This document shows positions 41,209-51,925 of a DNA stretch of 64,000 bases, piece after piece. The stretch covers positions 1,431 through 65,430 of the forward strand of contig JBIIRW010000001.1 in NCBI GenBank assembly GCA_044341385.1, in the 5' to 3' direction. The notes under the pieces are model-generated. The model was not told where the DNA came from. It ran no database searches and saw nothing but the letters and a program-made list of their open reading frames with translations. The stretch is from Sediminibacterium sp. Lineage in GTDB: Bacteria > Bacteroidota > Bacteroidia > Chitinophagales > Chitinophagaceae. How positions within the stretch are numbered: position 1 is the stretch's first letter; each line of letters starts with the position of its first letter. The position numbers and the translations under genes were made by a program.

Positions 41209-42726
41209 ATGCGCAGAATAGTAACTCGAAAATTGTTGATTGGCATTTCTATAGTCGGTATAGTGTCTTTGGCAATGGCACTTAGAGGTGAAATTGAAAC
41301 TATGCTTGCTTGGTGGATGGCGATTACGCTTTTGCTGCCGCCATTGCTTTGGGCTCAAAAAAATCGCTACGTTTCGTTGAAAATAATCTGTTTTCTCGCT
41401 TTCATGACTCAATTTGTTTCACTTCCCTTTTTTTACTTTGATCGCGATAAATTTCCCTGGAACCACGTTAAGCCTTTTGGTTTTACCGCATTGGAGGCAT
41501 TGCCAATACTTTCGAAGGTGATGCTTTTCTTAGTATTCTTGATTGTTTTTTTCAAACTGCTGTATCGTTTGCATATTTTCGGTGGGTCAAGTAATCCGCT
41601 CTATGACATTGCTCAAATACCTGCAGAAAAATCGATAAACATTAAATTTTTTGGTGAGAAAGCTCACTATTTAAAACCTAGTCGGTATAGCAGATTATAT
41701 GGGTTTTTAATTGTCCTGGTAATTATTTCGATAGTCCCTCTGAACCTTTGGATGTATTCTCAGGGCATAAGTATTGTTGGAGTACAAGCGCCTAAGCTAC
41801 CTTATAGACTGTCCGGACTTTTGCATTACCTTGTAGTATTCGTAATTCCACTATTACTTGCATTTTTGTATTGGAGGTCTAAACGTAATTTATTTCTTGT
41901 AATGATTTTGCTTTGTTATGCATTGTTATTAGGCTTAACTACCATAAGTCGTTTTGCACTTCTCATTGTGATGTTGCCTATCCTCGCTTTTGCCTGGTTA
42001 GATCAGCGCCGTTGGCTTCTTATATTTTCAGGCATTATCGCCGTCGTTGGGTTTGCTGTAGTTAGTTTAGCGCGTAACTTTGTTCATTTAGTGGCAGGAG
42101 ATGAAGTTATTGCAGACACCAGCAAAAGCATTCCGACAATCATTGGGGACCTTTTTGCTCAAACCGATAGCCCGTTTCTTGAAGGTGATTTCCTAGTACG
42201 AATGTTTGTTGGAATTTTTGATCGTATCGATGGTTTTGGCAATTTGGTCATGTCAAGCTTCTATGACCCTAATGCTGTGCTCAGTCCTCTTGGTTTCTTA
42301 TTACGCATGATATGTAGACCTTTCGCCCCCCTTGATGTTGATCTTCATCACATTCAATGGCAAGGTGACATTCTGCCATTTGGTTTTTACAATGGCGGAG
42401 CATTATTGTCGAATACCATTATTGTTGGTAATGCGAGTTTATTATGGATAGTTGCCAGTGCGTTTGTTGCTGCTTTTATGCTAGTCTTGGTGGAAAAAAA
42501 TGCATATAGCGTAACAGTTCGTTATGGCCTTTCTGATCTATTCGCCCCTGCGCTCATCGGATTTTTAGCTATTGTGTTCTTTATAGAAAATGGTGGTTCC
42601 ATAACTTTTTTAGCACCTCTTCTGTTCTTGATTATAACCAATTTGTTGTCACGTGTTTGCCGCTTCAACCGACCGAAATCTTCGACGGCTAGCACTCCTA
42701 CAATTCATAAAATACAAGGCTTTTGA
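41209..42726 (+). CDS. Polytopic membrane protein, candidate Wzy polymerase
   Basis: About 11 hydrophobic segments with a large loop; only polymerase candidate visible in cluster 2. Confidence 0.55.
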   Translation: MRRIVTRKLLIGISIVGIVSLAMALRGEIETMLAWWMAITLLLPPLLWAQKNRYVSLKIICFLAFMTQFVSLPFFYFDRDKFPWNHVKPFGFTALEALPILSKVMLFLVFLIVFFKLLYRLHIFGGSSNPLYDIAQIPAEKSINIKFFGEKAHYLKPSRYSRLYGFLIVLVIISIVPLNLWMYSQGISIVGVQAPKLPYRLSGLLHYLVVFVIPLLLAFLYWRSKRNLFLVMILLCYALLLGLTTISRFALLIVMLPILAFAWLDQRRWLLIFSGIIAVVGFAVVSLARNFVHLVAGDEVIADTSKSIPTIIGDLFAQTDSPFLEGDFLVRMFVGIFDRIDGFGNLVMSSFYDPNAVLSPLGFLLRMICRPFAPLDVDLHHIQWQGDILPFGFYNGGALLSNTIIVGNASLLWIVASAFVAAFMLVLVEKNAYSVTVRYGLSDLFAPALIGFLAIVFFIENGGSITFLAPLLFLIITNLLSRVCRFNRPKSSTASTPTIHKIQGF

Positions 42727-43697
42727 ATATGATGATGTTTACTCGCAGCCTCCTTGGTAGGTCACTGTCTTCTGGGACTAATTTACCGCTAGAACCGTCT
42801 GAACAGAAAGATTCTGCAAAAATAATAGCTAGCATCTTCGGTGGCCTTGGTAACCAGCTCTTCTGCTACGCAGCCGCCCGCCGGCTGGCGATGGTGAATA
42901 AGGCTGAATTGGTCATCGATGATATCAGCGGATTTGTAAACGACCAGGAATATAAGCGACAGAGTCAGATTGATCATTTTCACATTCCCTGCCGCAAAGC
43001 AACTGAGACTGAGCGGATGGAACCTTTTTCAAGAGTTAGGCGAGTGCTTATGCGAAAGTGGAACTTATTTCGTCCCTTTGCACAGCGTACTTACATTCAA
43101 CAAGAGGGTATTGATTTCGATTCGAGACTGCTCCACTTCAAACCTCAAGGTACGGTCTATATTGAAGGCTATTGGCAAAGTGAGGATTACTTTAAGGATG
43201 TGGCAAGCACTTTGCGCGAGGATTTGCAAATCAAGCCGCCCACCGATGCCGCTAATGTATTATTGGCAGATAAGATACGTAATTGCAAATCGGTGGCTGT
43301 ACATGTGCGTTTTTTTGATCAACCACAAATTTCTGGTGTAAACATCGTACCAGGCGATTACTACCACCGAGCGATTGCCTTAATGGAAAGCCTTTTGCCT
43401 TCTGCACATTACTATATATTTTCCGACAAACCCGAATCCGCCCGGGCTCGTATTCCACTGCCTGATGAAAGATTCACTTTAGTGTCACATAACCTCGGGG
43501 ATGAACTAGCCTATGCCGACCTGTGGCTGATGACCCAATGCCAACACTTCATTATTGCCAATAGTACGTTCAGTTGGTGGGGTGCGTGGCTGGCGGAGTG
43601 CGCGGACACCTTGGTAATAAGTCCCGCAACTGTTAGAGGCTTGGTCACAGCATGGGGATTTCCTGGGAATTTACCATCCCGCTGGAAATTGCTCTGA
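42723..43697 (+). CDS. Alpha-1,2-fucosyltransferase (GT11)
   Basis: GGLGNQLF.YA, GYWQSEDYF, VAVHVR, HFIIANSTFSWWGAWL; gmd-fcl upstream. Confidence 0.92.
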   Translation: MNMMMFTRSLLGRSLSSGTNLPLEPSEQKDSAKIIASIFGGLGNQLFCYAAARRLAMVNKAELVIDDISGFVNDQEYKRQSQIDHFHIPCRKATETERMEPFSRVRRVLMRKWNLFRPFAQRTYIQQEGIDFDSRLLHFKPQGTVYIEGYWQSEDYFKDVASTLREDLQIKPPTDAANVLLADKIRNCKSVAVHVRFFDQPQISGVNIVPGDYYHRAIALMESLLPSAHYYIFSDKPESARARIPLPDERFTLVSHNLGDELAYADLWLMTQCQHFIIANSTFSWWGAWLAECADTLVISPATVRGLVTAWGFPGNLPSRWKLL

Positions 43698-43725
43698 ATA
43701 AACGCTTATTTAATAAGAGAAATCT

Positions 43726-45249
43726 ATGAAGCTCCTATTTGATTATAACGAGACAGAATTATTTGATATCAATAAAAATGGTATCCAACTTATTGATCAT
43801 GGTGACACAATTGAAATATACAACGATCCATTCCGAACAGTCCCTTTATTTGTTACAAAAAACGAAGCCAATGAGTTGATTATTTTCTCTGAGTTTAAAG
43901 ATTATTATGATTTCGATTTTGTAGACAGAAGTGTTGATGAAGCAGGGTTCTGGGAGATTATAATTTTTGGAAGTGGATTATGGACAAGAACGCTTTATAA
44001 AAATGTAATGCAAATGCCTAGTGCTACTTGCTTAAAGATTAACAAGAAAAGTGAACAATACAGTATATCGAGATACTGGCACTATGATATCAAGGAGGAT
44101 GAAAGTATCCGATCCATAGAGCAAGCTGCTGATGGAATGTTTGAGATATTGGATGATATTTTTTCAAAACTAGACAAAAAACAATTATATTTTTTAGGCA
44201 TGAGTGGCGGATTGGATTGTCGGATCACGCTTGCATTTTTATCAAAACATGTTCCTAAGCATAACATCAAACTTTTTACTTTTGGATTTGATAAAAATAT
44301 CCTTGAGTTTGAGTACGCGAAAAATGTGGCAAATTCCCTGGGTGTATCGGCACCCGAATTTCATCAATTATCGGCGCAATCTTACAAAGAGGCATTAAAC
44401 TATTTGCCAAGCCTCAGTGGTGGGCAAATCTCAATCAATCACTGTCACATTCTTGATTATTTAAGAAAATATAACTTCTCTGATTGCCGCCATATTTCAA
44501 CTTATTTTAGTGATGCAATTTTTGGTTTTGATTGTATATTTCCTAAAAAGCTAGAAGAGATTCAATTTAATTATTATGCTAAAATAATGTCGAATATGAA
44601 AAACATTGCGCCAGCATTAAAAGAAGATATATTTAATGATTCGTTAAAGATTTTTGCAGGGTACGATGTAGAAGCTAACTTTAGTTCGCTTGATGAATTT
44701 AAATACGTGACCGAAAGAAATCAAAAATTTCACATGTTGCTAGCATCGCTTCAGAATAGGTGTGTCGTAACTGATTTTATTTATGCAGACATGACTTTGC
44801 TTAGATATTCACTATCGATGCCAATGAAGTACAGGGTAAATAAAAATGTCATTGATACTCTGTTGGATAAATATTTCAAAGAAATTTCGTCGAGTTCATT
44901 AAACAATATTTCGTCACGCGACTCTAAAAATTCCGCATTTAGCTTCCAGTGGGGAAACAGATTTTCCGGCTTGCTTAATTGGTATTTATTCCGTATTCTC
45001 AATCGTGTCAATTCATTATTGCGCGTGTTGACTAGAGGGGAAATTCAAATTCTAAATAAATATCAAACAGAAGAACATGAGAGGCTTTTATATAGCGATT
45101 TTAAAGAAAATTTACATGCAGCAACAGCTAAATTTTTAGCGATGGGTATATTATCCCACGTACAAAAAGTAGAGTATGATCAGCTCCCGATTAAGAGTGA
45201 AGGGGTTGCTGAGAGATATGCAATTATAAGTCTGGCCAAAATTTTATGA
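43726..45249 (+). CDS. Asparagine-synthetase-like ATP-dependent amidoligase
   Basis: DPFRTVPLF, RYWHY, PP-loop GMSGGLDCR, FTFG. Confidence 0.7.
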   Translation: MKLLFDYNETELFDINKNGIQLIDHGDTIEIYNDPFRTVPLFVTKNEANELIIFSEFKDYYDFDFVDRSVDEAGFWEIIIFGSGLWTRTLYKNVMQMPSATCLKINKKSEQYSISRYWHYDIKEDESIRSIEQAADGMFEILDDIFSKLDKKQLYFLGMSGGLDCRITLAFLSKHVPKHNIKLFTFGFDKNILEFEYAKNVANSLGVSAPEFHQLSAQSYKEALNYLPSLSGGQISINHCHILDYLRKYNFSDCRHISTYFSDAIFGFDCIFPKKLEEIQFNYYAKIMSNMKNIAPALKEDIFNDSLKIFAGYDVEANFSSLDEFKYVTERNQKFHMLLASLQNRCVVTDFIYADMTLLRYSLSMPMKYRVNKNVIDTLLDKYFKEISSSSLNNISSRDSKNSAFSFQWGNRFSGLLNWYLFRILNRVNSLLRVLTRGEIQILNKYQTEEHERLLYSDFKENLHAATAKFLAMGILSHVQKVEYDQLPIKSEGVAERYAIISLAKIL

Positions 45250-45292
45250 TACTAGTTGAATTAAGTCGGATTCTGGGTGAAAAGTTAAAGTT

Positions 45293-46336
45293 ATGAAGAT
45301 ATTGATCGTCGGTGCATGGGCTTGGCTGCAATATGAAAAGGGCTTTGCAGAAGGTCTCCGTAATAATGGGGTAGAAGTCTCTGCATTGTCTGTATCGAAT
45401 TTCTTCAGGGGATATTTGGGACGTCTTCAGCAAATAATTCCTTTCCCTGGACCCGCGTTGCTACGTTTGAATCGTGCAATAGTTGATACCGTGGATGAGC
45501 AAAAGCCTGATTTGGTTTTTTTCTGGCGCCCCACTCATGTCTTACCTAAAACAATCAGTAAGCTTACAAGGATGGGTTTTAAAACGGCTTCATACAATAA
45601 CGACGACCCTTTTGGACCGAATATTCATGGTAATGTGCCGTGGCACCATCACTTCTTATGGCACTGGTATTGCAAGTGCTTACCATTGTTCAATTATAAT
45701 TTTTTCTATCGTAAAATCAATTGTGCAGAGGCAAGGGTCTTTGGTGCAATGCACGCTGAGGTCTTACTCCCCTACTTTATGCCTTGGCAAAATCACCCCG
45801 TACAGCTATCTGAAGCCGATCGGCAGGTTTATGAAACTGAAGTAGTGTTTGTTGGGCACTACGAGCCAGATGGCCGCGAGGATAGCATTCGCGCACTCGT
45901 CAATGCTGGCATACGGGTCAAGTTATGGGGAGGGCACTACTGGAGTCGTGCCGTTCTGGGGGATCTATATGACAACCTCGCGCCTATCGAGGTTGCCGAA
46001 GGCGTTGCATATGGCAAAGCACTATGTGGCGCCAAGATTTGCTTGTGCTTTCTCTCCAAACTTAATCGAGATACTTACACCCGCCGCTGTTTTGAAATTC
46101 CAGCCTACGGGAAAGTAATGTTGGCGGAGCGCACTGATGACTTGATACAGTTTTTCAAAGAAGATGAAGAGGCTTGCTTCTTTTCCTCTCAAGAGGAATT
46201 GGTACGTAAGGTAAAGTGGCTTATCAATAACCCGAATATTCGAGAAAGCATCGCACAGGCTGGCCTTCGCCGGGTTTGGAAGGATGGGCATGATGTTACT
46301 TCTCGCTCCAATAAATTTCTTGAAAAAATTAGTTAA
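45293..46336 (+). CDS. Glycosyltransferase (CgeB-like)
   Basis: YNNDDPF, FVGHYE, RDTYTRRCFEIPA. Confidence 0.85.
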   Translation: MKILIVGAWAWLQYEKGFAEGLRNNGVEVSALSVSNFFRGYLGRLQQIIPFPGPALLRLNRAIVDTVDEQKPDLVFFWRPTHVLPKTISKLTRMGFKTASYNNDDPFGPNIHGNVPWHHHFLWHWYCKCLPLFNYNFFYRKINCAEARVFGAMHAEVLLPYFMPWQNHPVQLSEADRQVYETEVVFVGHYEPDGREDSIRALVNAGIRVKLWGGHYWSRAVLGDLYDNLAPIEVAEGVAYGKALCGAKICLCFLSKLNRDTYTRRCFEIPAYGKVMLAERTDDLIQFFKEDEEACFFSSQEELVRKVKWLINNPNIRESIAQAGLRRVWKDGHDVTSRSNKFLEKIS

Positions 46337-46387
46337 ATTTTATTTGATTCGCAAATCTTAGGTTTGTTGAATTAATGTTCATGTTAA

Positions 46388-47470
46388 ATGCACTCAATTA
46401 TGAAAAATAATCTTTCGATTGTCTTCTTGTGGGCGGAAGTGGGCGGATATTTGGAGGCTGTACTTAAATCACTATCAAGTCAACCTGTAGGGATTATTAA
46501 TGTTGTGCATTGGGATAAACGCAATTTAAATACCACCCAGCATGAAATTACTAACCTTGATAAGGTGATTTTTCATGCAAGATCTGAGGCAAATGATGAA
46601 TTAATATTTAAATTGCTTGAAATCGCAAAGCCGGAGATAGTAGTAGTATCCGGATGGATGGATAAAGGTTATATAAGGGTTTGCAAGAAGTATAAAAAAA
46701 AATGTCCCAATGTGAAAATAGTTGCAGGTATTGATGATATGTGGGTGGGATCATTAAGGCAAAGACTTGGTCAGATTTATTATAATTTTTTCTATAGAAA
46801 ATTATTTGATTTTATGTGGATATCTGGCCAACCTCAGTTCTCGTTTGCTCAGCGTTTTGGTTATAACATTGAAAACATTATATCTAATTTATATAGCGCC
46901 GATACGGAGACTTTTAAGACGCGGGCCGGAATTACTAAGAGATTTGTTTTTGTTGGCAGGTTTGTCAAGGTTAAGGCAATTGATTTGTTAGTTAATGCAT
47001 ATTGCATGCTATCAGAAAGTGAGCAGAAGGAGTGGCCATTGATTTTAATTGGTGACGGCGATCAGAAATCAATAATTTTAGGTCAAAAAAATCCAAATAT
47101 TATAGTTTTGCCTTTCTTGCAACCTGAGAAACTCAGGGAAGAATTGCTCAAAGGAGGCGTTGGTTGTTTACCATCACATAAAGATCAGTGGGGTATTGTT
47201 TTGCATGAATATGCATTGATGGGTTTGCCAATACTTGCAAGCTCAGGTTCTGGAGCAACAACTGAGTTTTTAATATCTGGGTTCAATGGCTTTATGTTCA
47301 ATAAAGGTAGCGTTAATGATATGTATCGAGCTATGAAGGAATTCACATCTTTAACCGAGTTTGATATTTCTCGCTTTGCCGAAAATAGCACTAAACTTGG
47401 GCAAAGAATCACAAGTGACCTATCTGTAGCATCTTTGCTATCTGTTTGCCATTCGGCGCTATCAAAATAG
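46388..47470 (+). CDS. Glycosyltransferase family 4
   Basis: VSGWMDKGY, FVGRFVKVK, LPSHKDQWGIVLHE. Confidence 0.88.
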   Translation: MHSIMKNNLSIVFLWAEVGGYLEAVLKSLSSQPVGIINVVHWDKRNLNTTQHEITNLDKVIFHARSEANDELIFKLLEIAKPEIVVVSGWMDKGYIRVCKKYKKKCPNVKIVAGIDDMWVGSLRQRLGQIYYNFFYRKLFDFMWISGQPQFSFAQRFGYNIENIISNLYSADTETFKTRAGITKRFVFVGRFVKVKAIDLLVNAYCMLSESEQKEWPLILIGDGDQKSIILGQKNPNIIVLPFLQPEKLREELLKGGVGCLPSHKDQWGIVLHEYALMGLPILASSGSGATTEFLISGFNGFMFNKGSVNDMYRAMKEFTSLTEFDISRFAENSTKLGQRITSDLSVASLLSVCHSALSK

Positions 47471-47870
47471 AAATATGTTAAAGCTATTTTTATTGAAATT
47501 CTCGTTCTAATTTTTTTTCCGCATTGGATCTTTAGAGTTATCCAATTTCATATATTTTTTTGACTTCAAAGAGCTAATTCAAAATTTGGTTAAATGAGAA
47601 TACACACTTAATTGAGCTATATAATTTAAAGGAAAGTTACAACCAAAATTAACAGGAACAAATCTCTTTAATGTTTTTAAAAAATATTACAATGATGAAA
47701 ATTGCTATTCATTTTCAAAAAAAGTTCAATTACATTGGTCACGATATATAATTTTGAAACGATTGACAAAAGACATTAAGTTTCAGGTGAATCACGAGAT
47801 AATTAATTTAATACGTCTGTGTTCAATCAAAAGATGATGTGAATAAGAAGTTGACTAATTAATTGCGTCA

Positions 47871-48150
47871 CAGAAAACCCCGAAGTCGATCTTGGAAGTT
47901 GGAAACGGAACAATTAGTTTCAACCACTGTTATGATTAGCATTAATTAATACTCTGCTGAAGTGTGATATCATATTATACAAAGTAATTGGGAGATAAAT
48001 TTGTCTGTGATCTCAAATCCCAATATGACAGATTGTTTGAACGCATTACTCATTATTGTTTATTGGACTATATTGAACAGAAAGACATCGAAAATGTAAG
48101 AAAAACATTCGCCAAAAGAATCAAAGAGTTAACCAGAGATTTGACATAAA
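47871..48150 (+). pseudogene. Decayed class I SAM methyltransferase remnant
   Basis: QKTPKSILEVGNGT (47871-47912) and, in the same frame after stops, LFERITHYCLLDYIEQKDIENVRKTFAKRIK. Confidence 0.45.
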
Positions 48151-48576
48151 CCTTGATAAATTATAGAGGAAAAAGATGGCTCGGCGCAAAAAAAGTCAAC
48201 TAAGTTACAAAGGGTTAAGTTTATTCTTGTAATTTCCTTATCCCATGTCAGAGAAGCACAAATGAAAATACATATGGTCTTGTCAAAGAATTATTTCAAA
48301 TGGAACGAACTTAATTCTTGCATCCTTGGAGAAATTCAATTGGGTTCAAAATACGCGTAATTTGTGACCACACAGAACAAAGAATTAATTATACATAAAG
48401 AAAAATAAAATTCATCATTTTCGTTTTATTAATTTTGGGTTAGCAACTTTAAATCGCCGTTAAAAAATCTTTTTTCTAAAAAATGCCATACAAAAAACTA
48501 TAATTAAATATTGCATTTTAAAATTCATTACTTCAAATCAAAATTCTAAACAATCAAAAAAGCTAAAAATTATATT

Positions 48577-49431
48577 ATGTTCAAAATCGCACAACTTTAT
48601 GCTCACATTTATGTGATTATAAAATCGCTCACTGGTTTAAATATTCCTGGCTTGGGTTTTTTGCTTAGGCTTTGTAAAAGGCCCCGTTATATCAATTTTC
48701 TTAAGCAAAAGCTTTATTTTGAGCCGGCTGTAGCTTCATCGTACGGGTTATTTATTATCAATCGCGTACAGGAGCCGGAGACACATAGTATTTTGAATCA
48801 TATTTATCAATCCTTCACATCACAAAAATCAGTCTTCATAGAAGTTGGTGCTAATATAGGTGCAATCATGGTTGACATTGCGCGTCATGATGATGTGCAT
48901 GTTTTTGGATTTGAACCATCTATGAATTGTGTTACTGCTATTACTAAAACAATGGCATACAACCAACGCAATAATTTTAATATCTTTCAAAATCTTGTTG
49001 GTGAGGACGAAGCTATGGTCGCTTTTAGTGAAGGAAAAGCTGATGGTTCTGCATCCATTTATACAAGCACCAATTCTTCCGAAAAAGTTCAACAAATAAA
49101 ACTCGATTCTGTTAAAGAATTAAGTGCACTGCCAGAAGGCATGCCTACAGTAATCATGATTGATGTCGAGGGCTATGAACCCAATGTTTTGCGTGGTGGG
49201 GCCGAGTTAATAAAGCGTTTGAAACCATTGGTGTTATTTGAATATAATTATGTTTCAAAACGTTATTTTAATATTAATGAAATTCACCAAATTTTGGGAG
49301 ATTCTTATATCATCTTCAGGCTAAGAAATGACGCATTGCTAGACAGTGTTGTAGCGAATGCATGGAACTGTGTCGCTATCCCGCGAAATACGCAGTTTGA
49401 AACGATTCTAAAATCTCGAATAACTTCTTGA
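48577..49431 (+). CDS. FkbM family methyltransferase
   Basis: FIEVGANIG, GFEPS, MIDVEGYEPNVLRG, LFEY. Confidence 0.9.
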   Translation: MFKIAQLYAHIYVIIKSLTGLNIPGLGFLLRLCKRPRYINFLKQKLYFEPAVASSYGLFIINRVQEPETHSILNHIYQSFTSQKSVFIEVGANIGAIMVDIARHDDVHVFGFEPSMNCVTAITKTMAYNQRNNFNIFQNLVGEDEAMVAFSEGKADGSASIYTSTNSSEKVQQIKLDSVKELSALPEGMPTVIMIDVEGYEPNVLRGGAELIKRLKPLVLFEYNYVSKRYFNINEIHQILGDSYIIFRLRNDALLDSVVANAWNCVAIPRNTQFETILKSRITS

Positions 49432-49538
49432 TTTTCTCCTGAATTTTCCCAACAATTAATGATAGCCTCTTGGCCAAGGACTATAGCATTCCTTAATGTA
49501 TGTTGTATATGTTTTTTTCAAAATAAATATCAAATGAT

Positions 49539-50282
49539 TTGAAAATATTAATAACAGGTTCACGCGGATTTATAGGTAAGAATTTATGCGAACGATTAAA
49601 TGAGATTGGTGAACATTTGGTCCTTACCTATAATAGGGGTGATGATGAAGAATCACTATCTTATTTAATTCATCAATCTGATGTAATCATTCATCTCGCA
49701 GGTGAGATGCGCCCTAATGATAATAGTGAGTTATTTACTGCGAATGTGGGATTGACTGAAAAAATTTGTTCTATTATTAAAAAATCTAATATCAAAAAAA
49801 TATTTTTACTTACATCCTCTATTCAAGCAGATCAAGATAATCCATATGGCTTAAGTAAGTTGCAAGCTGAACAGGCTGTTATTAAGTTGTCAAATGAAAC
49901 AGTCAATCAAGTTATTATATATAGGTTACCGCATGTTTTCGGTAAATGGTGCAAGCCAAATTACAATTCGGTGATTGCAACGTTTTGTTACAATATTTCT
50001 AGGGGGATTCCGATCAAAATAAATGATCCTGATGCAATTATTAAACCGGTATATGTTGACGATGTTGTTTCTGAATTTTTAAGTGCAATTTCAGGTCCCA
50101 AAGATGGTATTTCATGGAGAAAGGTCTCGCCTGAATATGAGATTACAATTGGCGAATTGGCAAACCGAATTGAAGGGTTTAAAAAATCAATAAATATTTC
50201 GATATCCGACACATCTGGGGTGGATCTTAATACTGCATTATATTCAACCTACATGAGTTATCTTGAAACTGGTGGCTGCTAA
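49539..50282 (+). CDS. FnlB/CapF/WbjC-like protein, N-terminal SDR domain only
   Basis: GSRGFIGKNL, SSIQA..DNPYGLSK, VFGKWCKPNYNSVIATFCYNI, ALYSTYMSYL then stop. Confidence 0.85.
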   Translation: MKILITGSRGFIGKNLCERLNEIGEHLVLTYNRGDDEESLSYLIHQSDVIIHLAGEMRPNDNSELFTANVGLTEKICSIIKKSNIKKIFLLTSSIQADQDNPYGLSKLQAEQAVIKLSNETVNQVIIYRLPHVFGKWCKPNYNSVIATFCYNISRGIPIKINDPDAIIKPVYVDDVVSEFLSAISGPKDGISWRKVSPEYEITIGELANRIEGFKKSINISISDTSGVDLNTALYSTYMSYLETGGC

Positions 50283-50289
50283 TCTGGGA

Positions 50290-50535
50290 CTACCCGTGTA
50301 AAGTGACAATAGTGTGTGATTTGTTGAAATATTAAAATCATCAGATGCAAGTGATTTCTCATGATTTCCAAAGCGACCTAATGTTTCTGAATGTAATTTA
50401 TATAACAATAGAAAGAATGAAAAATTTCTAGTTGTGAGCTGTGCAGTTCGTTTTGGGATTAGAAATATCATTGATAATTAAAACGTTGATTTAGCCACTT
50501 CAGGTGATATTACCAACTTAGTGAAAACCATTTCT
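50290..50535 (+). pseudogene. Decayed cupin domain of the preceding fnlB-like gene
   Basis: Shifted frame reads LPV*SDNSV*FVEILKSSDASDFS*FPKRPNVSECNLYNNRKNEKFLVVSCAVRFGIRNIIDN*NVDLATSGD...VKTI. Confidence 0.8.
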
Positions 50536-50845
50536 AAAAGGTACAAGTTACAACTGACGCATGTCAGAATTTTATAATACTTATTCTTTATGCAAATAAA
50601 ATATATGATACCAACCATCTAATTACAATTAATTGTTTTTTTAAAATAAAAATCCGTTAGTTTCACCAACTATAAAAATTTGTTTGTATAACCTCTTTGG
50701 TTCTTTGTATTTTCAATAAAAATTTTTTTGTTTCAAAACATTAAGAATTCAAATAAATTACAGTGGTCTTTTTTGTATTTTAAAAATCTAGGGTTGTCAA
50801 ATTAGTTGATAAAAAAGTTTTAATATTGTTATATAATTAATAAAA

Positions 50846-51805
50846 ATGAATATAAAAACCATTTTAGTTACAGGAGGATGTGGATTTATAGGCTCTAATT
50901 TAGTTGATAAATTACTCGATTTGGGCTTCAAGGTAATATGTTTAGATAATTTTGATGATTTTTATCCCAGAGAAATTAAAAGTCAAAATATAAGTTCTGC
51001 ATTAAATAATAAGAATTTTACATTATTTGAAGGAGATCTAAATAACCAAGACGATGTTGATGCTTGTTTTAAACTTGGGAAAATTGATATTGTAGTTCAT
51101 CTTGCCGCTAAAGCAGGTGTTCGTCCATCGATTGAAGATCCTTTAACTTGTTTTAACACCAATATTTTTGGGACCCTAAATCTTCTTGAAGGAATGAAAA
51201 AAAATAATGTAGTTAAACTAGTTTTTGCTTCATCTTCCTCTGTTTATGGTAATAATAAAGTCGTTCCATTTTCCGAATCTGATAATGTTGATTCACCCAT
51301 CTCACCATATGCGGCTTCTAAGAAATCTGGTGAATTGATTTGTTATACATACCATCAATTGTACAATTTTGATGTTTTTTGTTTGAGATTTTTTACAGTG
51401 TATGGGCCAAGGCAACGACCGGACTTAGCAATACATAAGTTTACTAACCTAATATTACAAGATAAGTCAATACCTTTTTATGGCGACGGCTTAACGGCTA
51501 GAGATTATACATACGTTGACGATATTTTAGAAGGGATTCTTGCAGCAATATATAATCTTAAAGGATTTAATGTATTTAATCTCGGTGAATCCAGAACAAT
51601 AACGTTAAAAAAAATGATTGAAGTATTAGAGAGTAAATTAGATAAAAAAATTAAAATAAATTCATTACCAAAACAGGCAGGGGATGTGGATATTACATAT
51701 GCCAACATTACTAAGTCTAATGCAATTCTTGGCTATCAACCTAAATGGACTTTCGAGAACGGAATCGAAATATTTCTAAAATGGAAATTAGAAAATCTAA
51801 ATTAG
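50846..51805 (+). CDS. NAD-dependent epimerase, UDP-glucuronate 4-epimerase-like
   Basis: HLAAKAGVRPS, PISPYAASKK, RFFTVYGPRQRPDLA. Confidence 0.85.
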   Translation: MNIKTILVTGGCGFIGSNLVDKLLDLGFKVICLDNFDDFYPREIKSQNISSALNNKNFTLFEGDLNNQDDVDACFKLGKIDIVVHLAAKAGVRPSIEDPLTCFNTNIFGTLNLLEGMKKNNVVKLVFASSSSVYGNNKVVPFSESDNVDSPISPYAASKKSGELICYTYHQLYNFDVFCLRFFTVYGPRQRPDLAIHKFTNLILQDKSIPFYGDGLTARDYTYVDDILEGILAAIYNLKGFNVFNLGESRTITLKKMIEVLESKLDKKIKINSLPKQAGDVDITYANITKSNAILGYQPKWTFENGIEIFLKWKLENLN

Positions 51806-51925
51806 ATTTTCTAATTTGAGCATTGTTTTTTGTTTATTAGAATCTAATTCTCTTTTCATACTTATGACTAAACCTTAATTAGTTCTATTACTTAATCCAA
51901 TTCTCCTATTTAAAATTTAATTATT

